64,000 nucleotides of DNA from Dictyostelium discoideum (taxonomy: Eukaryota): positions 8,352,001 to 8,416,000 of the forward strand of contig CM000151.3 in assembly GCA_000004695.1 (NCBI GenBank), read 5' to 3'. Position 1 is the first letter of the stretch. Every line of letters starts with the position of its first letter. The translations under genes were made by a program, and so were the position numbers. Below the pieces are notes generated by a model that ran no database searches, was not told where the DNA came from, and was given only the letters and a program-made list of their open reading frames with translations. Below are positions 12,592 to 25,924 of the stretch, piece after piece.

Positions 12592-12862
12592 TCTTTTTTT
12601 TATATGAAAAATGAAATAATCAAATAAAAAAAGTGTTGTTGTTGATGTTTTTTCTCTTACTGATTATTTTTTCCTTTTTTTTTCAATTTTGCTTCGCAAA
12701 ATTTTCAAAAAAAAGAAAAAAATAAATTACAATAAAATAAAGAAATAAAGTAGTTTACTCTAAGTGTATTTTATTTTATTTTTTTTAAGTCTTTTTTTTA
12801 TATGAAAAATGAAATAATCAAATAAAAAAAGTTGTTGTTGATGTTTTTTCTCTTACTCATTA
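12589..12862. repeat. Tandem direct repeat with period about 198 bp (1.4 copies). A 72-bp block at 12589-12662 recurs at 12787-12858. Consistent with duplicated TRE5 A-modules at the element 5' end.
   Basis: Direct comparison: aagtcttttttttatatgaaaaatgaaataatcaaataaaaaaagt(g)ttgttgttgatgttttttctcttact present twice. The period matches the roughly 200-bp A-module length reported for TRE5-A. Confidence 0.7.
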
Positions 12863-12903
12863 ATATTGTAAAATCACGTATAAATATTTAAAATATCATC
12901 AAA

Positions 12904-12976
12904 GGGGATGTAGCTCAGATGGTAGAGCGCTCGCTTAGCATGCGAGAGGTAAAGGGATCGATACCCTTCTTCTCCA
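12904..12976 (+). tRNA. tRNA-Ala (anticodon AGC), 73 nt
   Basis: Cloverleaf: acceptor GGGGATG/CTTCTCC with the G3:U70 alanine identity pair; D-arm GCTC-AGATGGTA-GAGC; anticodon arm CTCGC-TTAGCAT-GCGAG (AGC); T-arm AAGGG-ATCGATA-CCCTT. One T6:T67 acceptor mismatch and an unusual A54, so it may be a slightly degenerate copy. An ex-B-box-like GTTCAATTCC lies about 33 bp downstream. Confidence 0.75.
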
Positions 12977-13006
12977 TTTTTCCTTGGGAAATCAAATAAG
13001 ATCGCA

Positions 13007-13020
13007 TGTTCAATTCCTAT
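13007..13020 (+). promoter_or_regulatory. Extra B-box (ex-B)-like motif downstream of the tRNA gene
   Basis: atgTTCAATTCCtat resembles the B-box consensus GGTTCGANTCC and sits about 33 bp 3' of tRNA-Ala, as described for D. discoideum tRNA loci. Confidence 0.45.
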
Positions 13021-13044
13021 CCTTTTGGAGTCTCTTAACAAAAA

Positions 13045-13942
13045 ACATAGATATATTTCTTAGAGATTTATTAATACTTCTAAAGGTATTCATTTCCACT
13101 CAGCTATAATCAACTCTTCAACAACATACTGAAGATAAAAGACCCTAAAACAAGAGACACAATGTTTAGATTCCATGCCAGATGCCTTCCAATAAACTAC
13201 CTTCACAACAAACAATGCCCACTCTGCAAAGAAGATATGAGCAAAGACCCATACGGTCACCTGTTCTTCTCATGCAAGAAAACAAAACAATTCATAAAAA
13301 TAAATAAACTCAAAAATTTCATCTATATTACCACAGGCAAAGGTAAAAACTGGCACCATACAAGAATTAGGCAAAATAACAATTTCATTAATAGAATAAC
13401 TCCAAAATTATCACCGACAGCCAAAAAAGATCAAGAAGTGAATGCAGATTACGCCAACCACAGATTCCACAAAGAATACTTTGAATGGAACTATAAAGCA
13501 ATAGACTATGATCTAACCAGATCATTCGCATATAGAAACCTAATGGCCCTTATCCTCCACAACATTTGGATTTGGATTTGCAATCAAATATACAGTGAAG
13601 ATCCTTTAACAGATGAATCACTATCATACAGCTCCCTTCTAAAGAAATGGCACAAATTGGCCACTCTAGAATACATCAAAAAAGCAAAAGATCTGAAAAA
13701 CTTATCAGCAAAAGACCATAATAACTTCAAAGATCCTAAGATCCTTCTCACTTCAACGATCAAGCTAAGAAAAACAACAGCTAATTACTATTGTATTCCA
13801 GAATCATCTCTCCCAAATATTATATCTTTTGATCAATTCATATGATTAAAATAACCCTTCAGCTTAAATGATAAGCCTTTAAATAAATATTAAATAAAAC
13901 TCGTATTAACACAGATGGACATATATCAATCTTGTTAATCCA

Positions 13943-13980
<38 letters not shown>
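13045..13980 (+). mobile_element. 5'-truncated TRE3-type non-LTR retrotransposon fragment: ORF2 C-terminal Cys/His domain, about 90-nt 3' UTR and an A43 tail
   Basis: The reading frame is open from about 13051 through 13845. The ORF track starts at an internal Met at 13162. The CPLC...HLFFSCKK motif parallels CHSC...HIFFECK of the intact TRE ORF2. It lies about 70 bp downstream of tRNA-Ala in the same orientation, which is TRE3 geometry, and ends in poly(A) at 13938-13980. Confidence 0.7.
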
Positions 13981-13984
<4 letters not shown>

Positions 13985-14190
13985 TCATTTCCAGATTTGA
14001 TTACGGACACATGAAACACCTAATATCAGAAAGAAAATTGCAAATAAAATCATACCAATTATACCCTCCTATATAATTTCATAAACTCCATTGTTTCGTT
14101 AATTAATTGAATAATAAAATCAAAATTAGATTTAAATGGTATTTAAAGTTTTAACAATTCTATTTATTTATTTTATTTATAATTTATTTA

Positions 14191-14240
<50 letters not shown>

Positions 14241-14248
14241 TTTATTGT

Positions 14249-14726
14249 TTATTGTTTAAAACCTAAAAGGAAACCACTACCAAAACCAACTTTAAATGGT
14301 AAATTACTAGTTAATAAATTATAAAAGGAACGAATGTATTGACGTCTTTTTTCTTTTGTGAATTTTGGTGAATGTTCTTCACTAACTTTATCCCATTTAA
14401 CAACGATATAACCTTTTGAAGATAATAATTGAACTACAATGAAAATGGCACCAACGAAAACTAATACCATTGTACCAATCTTTCTAGTGGCAATACCACA
14501 ACAATATCCTAATGCACCACCCATTGTTGTAACACCTGCAACTTTTTGAATCTTTTGTGTTGTTGTTGGAACATTTTTAATTTCAACATGATGTGTAACA
14601 ACTGTTGCATCTTTATCTTTATTAATTGTATCACATGATACTGTTGTTGCTGTTAATCCACTTAAAATTGTAAATCCACTTATTAAAACTCCTGGTAATA
14701 AAAATTTATTATTATTTTCATTTTGA

Positions 14727-14758
<32 letters not shown>

Positions 14759-14937
14759 TTTTTCATAATCATTTTTAAAATTATTATTATTAATACAGCT
14801 AATACTACCAAAAAATGATTTATTTATTTGGTTAATATTATTTTTAAATAATAAACTTGAATTTAATTTCAATAATCCTAAAAAAAATAAAAAAATAAAA
14901 AAATAAAAGAAATTAATATTTTATTTAAATTTGTACA

Positions 14938-14969
<32 letters not shown>

Positions 14970-15026
14970 ATTACCATTATTATTTAAAACCATAGTTTTT
15001 TGTAAAAATTTTGAAGTGTTAAACAT
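14249..15026 (-). CDS. FUN14 domain-containing mitochondrial outer-membrane protein; 2 exons, complement(join(14249..14877,14975..15026)), about 226 aa
   Basis: FUN14 signature (GGALGYCCGIATRKIG...GYIVVKWDKV) and a central TM segment. The track ORF starts at TTG. Upstream exon ATGTTTAACACTTCAAAATTTTTACAAAAAACTATGGTTTTAAATAATAATG|gtaataat with donor at 14974; acceptor ...ttttttttag| with the exon starting at 14877; phase-1 junction is in frame. Confidence 0.7.
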
Positions 15027-15168
15027 TTTATTATTTGTGAATATTTAATTTTGAACTAAACAAAGGAAAAAAAATGAAAAAAAATAAAAAATAGAATTAT
15101 GTATTGTCTTTTTTAAAATGTGCGAATTATATTACAAAAATAGATAAAACTAAAAATTGATAAAATTT

Positions 15169-15204
<36 letters not shown>

Positions 15205-15481
15205 AAAAAAATAAAATTAAATCCAATGAAGTTCACAAATTTAATTTTTTCTTAATTGTTTTATTCTTTTAAAATGAATTGTTTTTTTTTAATTGTTTTA
15301 TTCTTTTAAATAACAATTATTAAATTTTTTTTTTTTTTTTTTTTAATTCTAAAATAAACTATTTTTTTTTTATTTTGTTATTTTTTTTTGGAGTTAAAAT
15401 AAAATAAAAATTTAAAAATAGTATTAAATTAAAATTTAATAATGAATTAAAATTGAATATTAATAAAAAAATGGTACAGAT

Positions 15482-15520
<39 letters not shown>

Positions 15521-15612
15521 AAGATAACATTTGATGAAATCTTATATTTCTTATAAAATGATGCTGCTTTTTTTTTTTTTTTTTTTTTTAGTTTTTTTTT
15601 TTTTTGATATTT

Positions 15613-15645
<33 letters not shown>

Positions 15646-15689
15646 TTTCATTAAAAGTATAAATTAAGTTTAACAACTTTAAAAAAAAA

Positions 15690-16775
15690 ATGACTAGCAG
15701 AACAAAGAAATTAAAAATGGATGAAGAAGAAATTTTAAAAAAAGAAGATGGTAGTGAAACAACATCTGAAGAGGAAAAAGAAGAAGTAGAGGAGGAAGAA
15801 GAAGAAGATAAAAAGAGAAAACTAGTTAAAAAAACACCTGCAAAGAAAGCACCTGCAAAAAAAGCTGCTGCAAAGAAAAAGAGTAAAGATGAAGATGAAG
15901 ATGAAGAAGAAAAAGAAGAAGAAGAAGAAACAAACAAAACAACAGCATCAGTATCAATTGCAATAGATAATTTAGATGAACCAAAAGTTGAAGAAAACCA
16001 AATGAAAATTATTTCATGGAATGTTGCAGGATTTAAATCAGTATTGAGTAAAGGATTTACAGAGTATGTTGAAAAGGAGAATCCAGATGTATTATGTTTA
16101 CAAGAGACAAAGATTAATCCATCCAATATAAAGAAGGATCAAATGCCAAAAGGATATGAATATCATTTCATTGAAGCCGATCAGAAAGGTCATCATGGCA
16201 CTGGGGTTTTGACAAAGAAGAAACCAAATGCCATCACATTTGGCATTGGTATTGCTAAACATGATAACGAAGGACGTGTAATTACATTAGAGTATGACCA
16301 ATTCTATATTGTCAATACCTACATCCCAAACGCAGGCACAAGGGGATTACAACGTTTAGATTACCGTATTAAGGAATGGGATGTTGATTTCCAAGCTTAC
16401 TTAGAGAAATTAAATGCTACCAAACCAATCATTTGGTGTGGTGATTTAAATGTTGCTCATACTGAAATCGATTTAAAGAATCCAAAAACTAATAAAAAAT
16501 CAGCTGGTTTCACAATCGAAGAGAGAACAAGTTTTTCAAATTTCTTAGAGAAAGGTTATGTTGATAGCTATAGACATTTCAATCCTGGTAAAGAAGGTTC
16601 TTACACTTTTTGGTCTTATTTAGGTGGTGGTAGATCAAAGAATGTAGGTTGGAGATTAGATTATTTCGTTGTATCAAAAAGATTAATGGATTCTATTAAA
16701 ATTTCACCTTTCCATAGAACAAGTGTTATGGGTTCTGATCATTGTCCAATTGGTGTTGTAGTTGATTTAAATTAA
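15690..16775 (+). CDS. apeA: DNA-(apurinic/apyrimidinic site) endonuclease, APE1/ExoIII family, 361 aa with an acidic/Lys-rich N-terminal extension
   Basis: ExoIII/APE1 catalytic core (ISWNVAG...LCLQETK...WCGDLNVAHTEIDL...GSDHCPI). N-terminal poly-E/KKxPAKK extension matches the known D. discoideum AP endonuclease. Single exon, ATG at 15690. Confidence 0.9.
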   Translation: MTSRTKKLKMDEEEILKKEDGSETTSEEEKEEVEEEEEEDKKRKLVKKTPAKKAPAKKAAAKKKSKDEDEDEEEKEEEEETNKTTASVSIAIDNLDEPKVEENQMKIISWNVAGFKSVLSKGFTEYVEKENPDVLCLQETKINPSNIKKDQMPKGYEYHFIEADQKGHHGTGVLTKKKPNAITFGIGIAKHDNEGRVITLEYDQFYIVNTYIPNAGTRGLQRLDYRIKEWDVDFQAYLEKLNATKPIIWCGDLNVAHTEIDLKNPKTNKKSAGFTIEERTSFSNFLEKGYVDSYRHFNPGKEGSYTFWSYLGGGRSKNVGWRLDYFVVSKRLMDSIKISPFHRTSVMGSDHCPIGVVVDLN

Positions 16776-17130
16776 AAAAAAAAAAAACAAAATAAAAAAA
16801 AACTATTTATAATAATAATAAAAAAAAAAAATAAATAAATAAAAAAAAGTGTATTATTCATTATAATAATTTTAAAGTTTAATTTTATTATTTTATTTTA
16901 TTTTTGTTAATTAATAAAAATAAAATAAAATAAAATAATAATTATAATAAAAAAAATTAGTTTAATTAAAATAAACCAAAATAAAAAAATAATTATAATT
17001 ATAAAATATAACCCCCTTTGATCAATATGTTTTCGTTTAAAAACCAGTCAAACAAAAGTTATCAAAATAATAAATTAAATTTAATGAAATTTCAAAATGG
17101 ACTAAGTATTACAAACAAAAAAAAAAATAA

Positions 17131-17164
<34 letters not shown>

Positions 17165-17438
17165 ACCGTTTTTACCAGTGCAAACGGAAAACAAGTTCTT
17201 GTTTTTTTCGAACCAAGGTGTCGGTTATCCTGGTTAAGTTTTAATTTATTTATTTTTATTAAAAGAAAGAAGTAAATAAAAAAAAAAAAAAAATATAAAT
17301 AGCTAATTTTTTTTTTTTTTATTCAATATTGAAAAATAAATAAATAAATTAAATATAAAAAAATAATAATAGAAAAAATATAAAATCGTCAACTATTATT
17401 TAAATAATAAACACATATATAAATAGATAAATAAAAGA

Positions 17439-18133
17439 ATGAGATTATTTTTATTATTATTATCAATTTTAACAATTTCAACTACAACTGTGAATGCATT
17501 GACTTGTGAATTATGTCAATTCTCAGTTAAAGCAGCTGAAGATTTAGTTACACAAAATTTCACACAAAGTCAAATTATTCCTTATTTAGATTCCGCTTGT
17601 TCACTATTACCAAATCAATGGGCTAGTAATTGTGAAATTATTGTAAATACCTATGGTTTATCAATGATTAAATTAGTATTAGAAAATGAAACACCAGAAG
17701 TTGCTTGTACTCAATTAGGTCTTTGTGGGTCAAATTCATTCTTTACAGAAACTAAAAAAGAAACTTTAGGAAAATGGCATTGGAATAAACACCATTTAAA
17801 TCCAATCAAGAAATTAGAATGTAGTGCTTGTCATTTTGCTGTTGGTAAAGCTGAAAATGTTGTAAATAAAGATATTAATACCGCAAGAGCATATGTTGAT
17901 GGCCAATGTGATACTTTTGCAATTAAAGAAGCTATTCATATTTGTAAAAGAGTAAGTTAACAATATTTTTTTTTAAAAAAAAAACAAATAGTAATATGTT
18001 AAATAAAAATTTATTAACTTTTTTTTTTAACTTTTATTATTAGATTGTTGATAAAGAAATTGGAAGAATTATTACTGAATTAAAGAACCATGAAAGTAAA
18101 GAAACCGTTTGTAAACATATTCATATGTGTTAA
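17439..18133 (+). CDS. Saposin-like (amoebapore-like, SAPLIP) secreted protein with two SapB domains; 2 exons, join(17439..17951,18044..18133)
   Basis: Signal peptide, then two saposin-B Cys patterns (CELCQF...C...C...LGLC and CSACHF...C...C...C). The second domain is completed only after splicing GTAAGT (17952) to ...ttattattag| (18043). Exon 2 encodes IVDKEIGRIITELKNHESKETVCKHIHMC. Confidence 0.8.
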
Positions 18134-18653
18134 AACTACTTTAATTGTATATATATATAAAAAATAAATTATTTAAATAATTTTAAAATTGTAATTTTTT
18201 TATTTTTATTTTTTTATTTTTATTATTATTATTATTTTCTTAAAAATAAAAGTTTATAATCCTCAATTGAAATTAAATTAAAATTATTTGAATTAATTAA
18301 TGATAATTTAAAACCTTGAAAATAAAAATAAAGTGTTAATTTAAATTTTGAAATTGAATTACAATTTGAAATATAATTTAAAATTGTATTTGTATTATCT
18401 AATTGTGGTGAATTTTCTGAAATAATTAAAGAAATATAATCAATTGATGAATTGAAATTAATCGATTCTAAAATTTGTTGATAATCTTGAAAATTTAATG
18501 ATTGATTAAAATTAATAGTTGATAAATTTTTATTACCTTTAATGAAATCACAAAAGAATGGTACTAATTCATTTGAACAATTATTAATTTCAATAATATT
18601 AATTTGACAATTGTTATTATTTTTATTTAATTGACAATAATCTTGAAATGAGT

Positions 18654-18753
18654 NNNNNNNNNNNNNNNNNNNNNNNNNNNNNNNNNNNNNNNNNNNNNNN
18701 NNNNNNNNNNNNNNNNNNNNNNNNNNNNNNNNNNNNNNNNNNNNNNNNNNNNN
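18654..18753. other. Assembly gap (100 N)
   Basis: Run of N in the sequence. Confidence 1.
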
Positions 18754-18775
18754 ACAACACCACCAACAACAACAA

Positions 18776-20338
18776 ATGCATAATCAACAACACCAACAAC
18801 AAATGCATCATCAACACCAACAACAAATGCATCAACAAATGCATCAAATGCATCATCATCACCAACAACATCATCAACCACAAATTCAACAACAGCAACA
18901 TACCTCACAACAACAAACTCCCCAACCATCCCCACAACATACTTCAAATGCTATTTCATCAGTTTTATCGATGTCTGGTTCAGTTTCTTCAGATTCTATC
19001 CAATCACCATTATATGAAATGCCACATTCACTTCTTTCACAGCAACAACCTCAAACTCAACCTCAAACACAAACTCAAACACAAACTCAAACTCAAGCTC
19101 AACCTCAAACACAACCTCAACAACATCAATTACAATCTTCAAATAACCAAATTAATTCATCTTCAAGCGGTATTCCAATTCCTCCAACACATCAACCTCA
19201 ACAACCAAGCCAAACTCAACAACAAAACCAATCAACTTCTCAACAACAAAACCAACCAACAACTTTACAACAATCACAATTATCACCAAGTCTTAATAAT
19301 AATGTAAATAATCCAATTAGTAGCCCATCAGATGACCAAACTCCAACAACCCAAACACCTTCATCAGTTGTTGGTTCACCAAAAAATAAATCAAAGAAAT
19401 CAAAAACCTCAACTACATCCTCATCAACAACTTCAACCAATGGTACAACATCAACCACATCAAATACCACATTAAATGGTGCATCATCATCATCATCGTC
19501 AACATCATCATCATCATCCAATAAACAAAAGAATAAAACTAGTACAAATGGCGTAGGACAAAGTCCATTAGAAAGCTCATTGAATTCATTAACCAAAGAA
19601 CAATTGGTTCAACTATGTACACATTTCTTAGAGGTTGAACATCCTGATTTAATCCAAGAGTTTGAAAATGCAATGCCACCACCAGATCTTCATGATATCA
19701 TGCAAGAGTTGGATGATCTCCAAAAGAAATATAACAAACTCTATCCAAACAACAAATTTTGTTATGATAATCAATCTTATAACCGTGTGAAAAGTGGTTT
19801 GGCCTCTTTTAAAAAGGCATTAATTGAGTATGGCGATAACTTTAAAGAGAAGAGTGGTTGGGCCACTTTATTACAATATGTAATTTTGGCAATTCCTTAC
19901 GCTCTTCGTATGCCTCTTTGGGATGACGAAAAGAATAATGCATCCAGAATATCGGCATTAAGTAAAATGGATGTTTTTGGTAAGGCTGCAGTCAAAGGTT
20001 TACTCCAAAATGATATACCCCTCGAGAAATGGGAAAGACATAGAAATAGTTTACATCCTCACTCTTTCTATCTAAAATGTACAATTGAAGAGATCGATAA
20101 ATGTATTGAAAAAAGAAGAAAAAAAGAAGAAAAATCTGATAAACAACAATCAAAAAAAAGAAAAAAATTAAATCATATTAATGGAAATAATACTAATACC
20201 ACTACTACTACTACTACTAATAATAATAATAATAATAATAGTAATAATAATAGTAATAGTAATAGTAATAGTAATAGTATTAGTAATAATAGCAATAATA
20301 GTAATAATAATAATAGTAATAACAATAGCAGTAATGGC

Positions 20339-20380
<42 letters not shown>

Positions 20381-20608
20381 AATAGTAGTAATAATATGAA
20401 TAATATGAATAATAGTAATAATATGAATAGTATGAATAATAGTAATAATAATAACATTATGAATGGTGTTAATATGAATAGTGGTAATATACTCAATAAT
20501 ATGCACAATAATATGATTAGTAATGGTATCGGTAATATTAGCATGAACGGAAGCCTTCTACAAATGGGTATGGGCAATGGCGATATTAATATTAATAAGT
20601 ATTTGTAA
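18776..20608 (+). CDS. Gln/Asn-rich protein, 5'-partial (interrupted by the gap). Central conserved domain is possibly Cut8/Sts1-like. C-terminal basic NLS-like KRRKKEEK...KKRKK and a poly-Asn tail.
   Basis: Open frame from the gap to the stop at 20608. The conserved block ...PPPDLHDIMQELDDLQKKY...SYNRVKSGLASF...SGWATLLQYVILAIPYALRMPLWDDE... resembles the Cut8/Sts1 nuclear-proteasome tethering family as I recall it (uncertain). The true start is upstream of, or within, the gap. Confidence 0.5.
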
Positions 20609-20650
20609 AAAAAAAGAAAAAAAAAAAAAAAGAAAAAAAAAAAAAATTAA

Positions 20651-20755
20651 AGCCAAACCAAATCAAAATCAAACCAAATCAAAATCAAACCAAATCAAAA
20701 TCAAACCAATTCAAAATCAAACCAAATCAAACCAAATCAAATCAAACCAAACTCA
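20651..20755. repeat. Tandem repeat (CAAAATCAAACCAAAT)n, about 6.5 copies, in the 3' flank
   Basis: Direct reading. Confidence 0.9.
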
Positions 20756-21297
20756 AATAATTATTTATTTTACTCTTCAATCAATAAATCTATTGATAAA
20801 ACCCTATAAAATCCATCTTTGATCTAAAATTTATTCAACTTTTTTTTTTTTTTTTGTAAAAAAGAAAAAAAAAAAAAAAAAAGAAAAAAAAAAAGAAAAT
20901 AATAAAAAATAGATTAAATAGTTGTAAATATAAAAAAAAAAAAAAATTCACAACCATATCGAATTGATATTTTGGTTTTATACTCCAAAAATAAAAAAAA
21001 TAAAAAAAAGTTTAAAAGTTATTTGTTTTTTTTTATTTTTAAAAATCTATTTACTACTTTATCTTTCAATTTTTTTTTTTTGTTTTTTAAAAATTTAATA
21101 ATACTGTGTTTCTGGCTTGGTATCTAAAACCACTTTAATTATCAATTTAAAATAAATTTATTTTTGTAAAAAAAAAAACAAAACAGCTAGAATTAAGTGA
21201 TTATATATATATATATATATATATTTGGAAACTTTATTTAAATATTTAATTTTAATTGTTTTAAATATTTATTAAAAAAAAAAAAAAAAAAAAAAAA

Positions 21298-23811
<2,514 letters not shown>

Positions 23812-23986
23812 AATTATACATGTTGTTAAAAAATAAAAAATTAAAAAAAAAAATCTTTGTAAAAAGTCGTCATCCAAAAAAAAAAAAAAATCTTTTAAAA
23901 AAAAATTATTTATCACTTTTTTTTTTTTTTTTTCATTTTTTTTTTTTTTTTTTTTATATTAATACAAAACAATTTATTTTATTTAT

Positions 23987-25795
23987 TTAATTGAATTTTA
24001 AAGGGATACTATTATTATTGGTATTATTATTATTATTTTGTTGAGAAGTTAACATTGGTGAATTATAATAACTACCATTATTTGTATTAACCATTGGTGA
24101 AGAATTTGAAGAACAATTATTATTATTTAAATTATTACCATTAGTATTACCATTATAAGTACCATTTGTTAAATCGAAATGATTTGATTTTAATAATGAA
24201 ACAACTTTTGAGAAAACTTTTTCAGCTGCATCTTTACCCCACATAAAGTCCAAATGTTCATAAGAGGGTTCTTCGTGAACCATTACAACTCTATCACGTG
24301 GTAAATGAGAGAGGAGGGCTTTAGTATTTGGAAGATTATCACTACCACCATAAAAGAGAGCACATTTTGTTAAGATTTGAGCAGGATGATAACCAGGAAT
24401 TACACGACCATGATAACGATGAGGTTTCTTTGAGTTTTCATTTGGAGTGATACCCAATAGGATATCATCAAACATTTGGAAACGATTAGTTTGAATGATT
24501 TGAAACCAATGTACGACCGATTTAACCGAAGTATAGGAGAAGATATGAGAGTATAACATCTTCTTCTCTTGTTGTGAGATATTCTCGGTTGTCCAACCAA
24601 AGAGGAATCTAACTGAAGTATCAATCACACGAACAAATACATCCTTTGGTAAGAAATTTCTCCAAAATATAGTGCTTGGTAACATTGATTTCTTACCAAA
24701 GAGAAGGAAAATGAAATCTGGTCTACTTCTAGCCAAACTGTCTATCATTGGGTTACTAAATCCCTTAACGGTTGCAACTGGAGCCAAGGCGATGAAAAGA
24801 TTAATCTTTTTTGAAATCACAGTATTGGTTGATAGTGCTGCCCATCCTTGTGCTGTACCTTGTGAGAATCCAATATAGGATATCGATGGTGCACCAGTAC
24901 GTTCACAAATGAAATTTACAATTGATGGATAATCATAACGTACCAATTCATCCAATGACCAATTCCAAAATCCCTCTTGATTTGGTGTATAGTTGGTATG
25001 TTTAAAACTATACTTATTACCACGATTATTACCCAACCAAACATCAAATCCTGCATCTGCCAATATGAATGGTAATGAATCCTTTGGATCACTTCTACAT
25101 AACCATGCCTCTGATGTTTGCATAAATCCATGCATTATAACTACAACTGGTTTACCATTATAAATTGAAAAATTTGATGTTGATGATGCTGATGACATCA
25201 TATCTGTTGATGTCATATTATTATTATTGTTATTATTATTACCGCTTGAAGTTGTTGTTGTAGTTGTTGTGTTTGCATTTGAATTATGAATTTCTTGATC
25301 AATATCGACATGTTGTTGTAATTTTTGTGCTAATTTACTTTTACGATTAGTAGTTGTTGTTGTTGTTGTTGATGATGATGATGTACCATTACTATTATTG
25401 CTAGATCTACTATGATTATGATTATTATTATTATTTGATCTTGGTGAAGTTGGTGGTGAATCAGGTGGTGTATTAAATTGCTTTGGACCAGTGATTCTAT
25501 GAAGTCCTAAAATGAAACCATCTGGTGTTGTTACGAAATGTTCTTCAACTGGATATCCTCTTGCTGTGATCATTTCAATTGCATCACGTTCTAAATCTTT
25601 CTCTGCTTCTGTGGCATCTTTTGATACAGGCTTACTAAAACTAATATTATCAAAATAATATTTAAATGGTACAAATCCAAATATAGTTGTTACAAAAAAT
25701 CTTGTGATTCTCTCTGCAATCAATATTGATAATGTTAAATATAATTGACTCCATCTCCATATTGTTCTTAAAATACTAACAATAATTAATCCCAT
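23987..25795 (-). CDS. Acid lipase / sterol esterase-like alpha/beta-hydrolase (602 aa) with an N-terminal membrane anchor and low-complexity inserts
   Basis: ATG at 25795. N-terminal abhydrolase-lipase region (HGFMQTSEAWL...GFDVWLGNNRGN), GFSQG nucleophile elbow (GXSXG) and a downstream conserved acid-lipase-like C-terminal region. Single exon. Confidence 0.8.
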   Translation of the reverse strand: MGLIIVSILRTIWRWSQLYLTLSILIAERITRFFVTTIFGFVPFKYYFDNISFSKPVSKDATEAEKDLERDAIEMITARGYPVEEHFVTTPDGFILGLHRITGPKQFNTPPDSPPTSPRSNNNNNHNHSRSSNNSNGTSSSSTTTTTTTNRKSKLAQKLQQHVDIDQEIHNSNANTTTTTTTSSGNNNNNNNNMTSTDMMSSASSTSNFSIYNGKPVVVIMHGFMQTSEAWLCRSDPKDSLPFILADAGFDVWLGNNRGNKYSFKHTNYTPNQEGFWNWSLDELVRYDYPSIVNFICERTGAPSISYIGFSQGTAQGWAALSTNTVISKKINLFIALAPVATVKGFSNPMIDSLARSRPDFIFLLFGKKSMLPSTIFWRNFLPKDVFVRVIDTSVRFLFGWTTENISQQEKKMLYSHIFSYTSVKSVVHWFQIIQTNRFQMFDDILLGITPNENSKKPHRYHGRVIPGYHPAQILTKCALFYGGSDNLPNTKALLSHLPRDRVVMVHEEPSYEHLDFMWGKDAAEKVFSKVVSLLKSNHFDLTNGTYNGNTNGNNLNNNNCSSNSSPMVNTNNGSYYNSPMLTSQQNNNNNTNNNSIPLKFN

Positions 25796-25893
25796 TATTT
25801 ATTATTTATTATTATTTATTATTTATTATTTATTGAATGTTTTGAAATTCTACATTAATTATTTAACATATAGTTTTTTTTTTTTATTAATAT

Positions 25894-25924
<31 letters not shown>

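Larger units (their letters stand above)
7534..12862 (-). mobile_element. TRE5-type (tRNA gene-targeted, DRE-like) non-LTR retrotransposon, near full length. Layout on the minus strand: A-module-like tandem repeat, A60, ORF1, A-rich spacer, ORF2 (EN-RT-Cys), oligo(A). The 3' end may extend to about 6612.
   Basis: ORF1 (451 aa) and ORF2 (1144 aa) are collinear on the minus strand. The 5' end lies about 44 bp upstream of, and in opposite orientation to, tRNA-Ala at 12904, which is the known TRE5 integration geometry. The ORF2 stop codon TAA runs directly into A25. Confidence 0.8.

Noticed and set aside
13162-13845. Track ORF start (Met) at 13162 as a gene start
   Set aside because: The frame is open for another 37 codons upstream and the product is the C-terminal Cys/His domain of a TRE ORF2. 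It is a truncated retroelement, not a cellular gene.
15551-16126. 191-aa minus-strand ORF rich in Ser/Phe
   Set aside because: Antisense translation of the acidic/Lys-rich tract (GAA/GAG/AAG repeats) of apeA. No start context, pure low complexity.
18623-19307. ORFs spanning the N-gap (X-containing proteins)
   Set aside because: Artefacts of translating the run of N. Only the frame continuing to 20608 has coding character.
20168-20577. Minus-strand ORFs of poly-I/L/V and a plus-strand poly-I/T ORF
   Set aside because: Antisense and alternative frames of the (AAT/AAC)n poly-Asn tract of the Q/N-rich gene.
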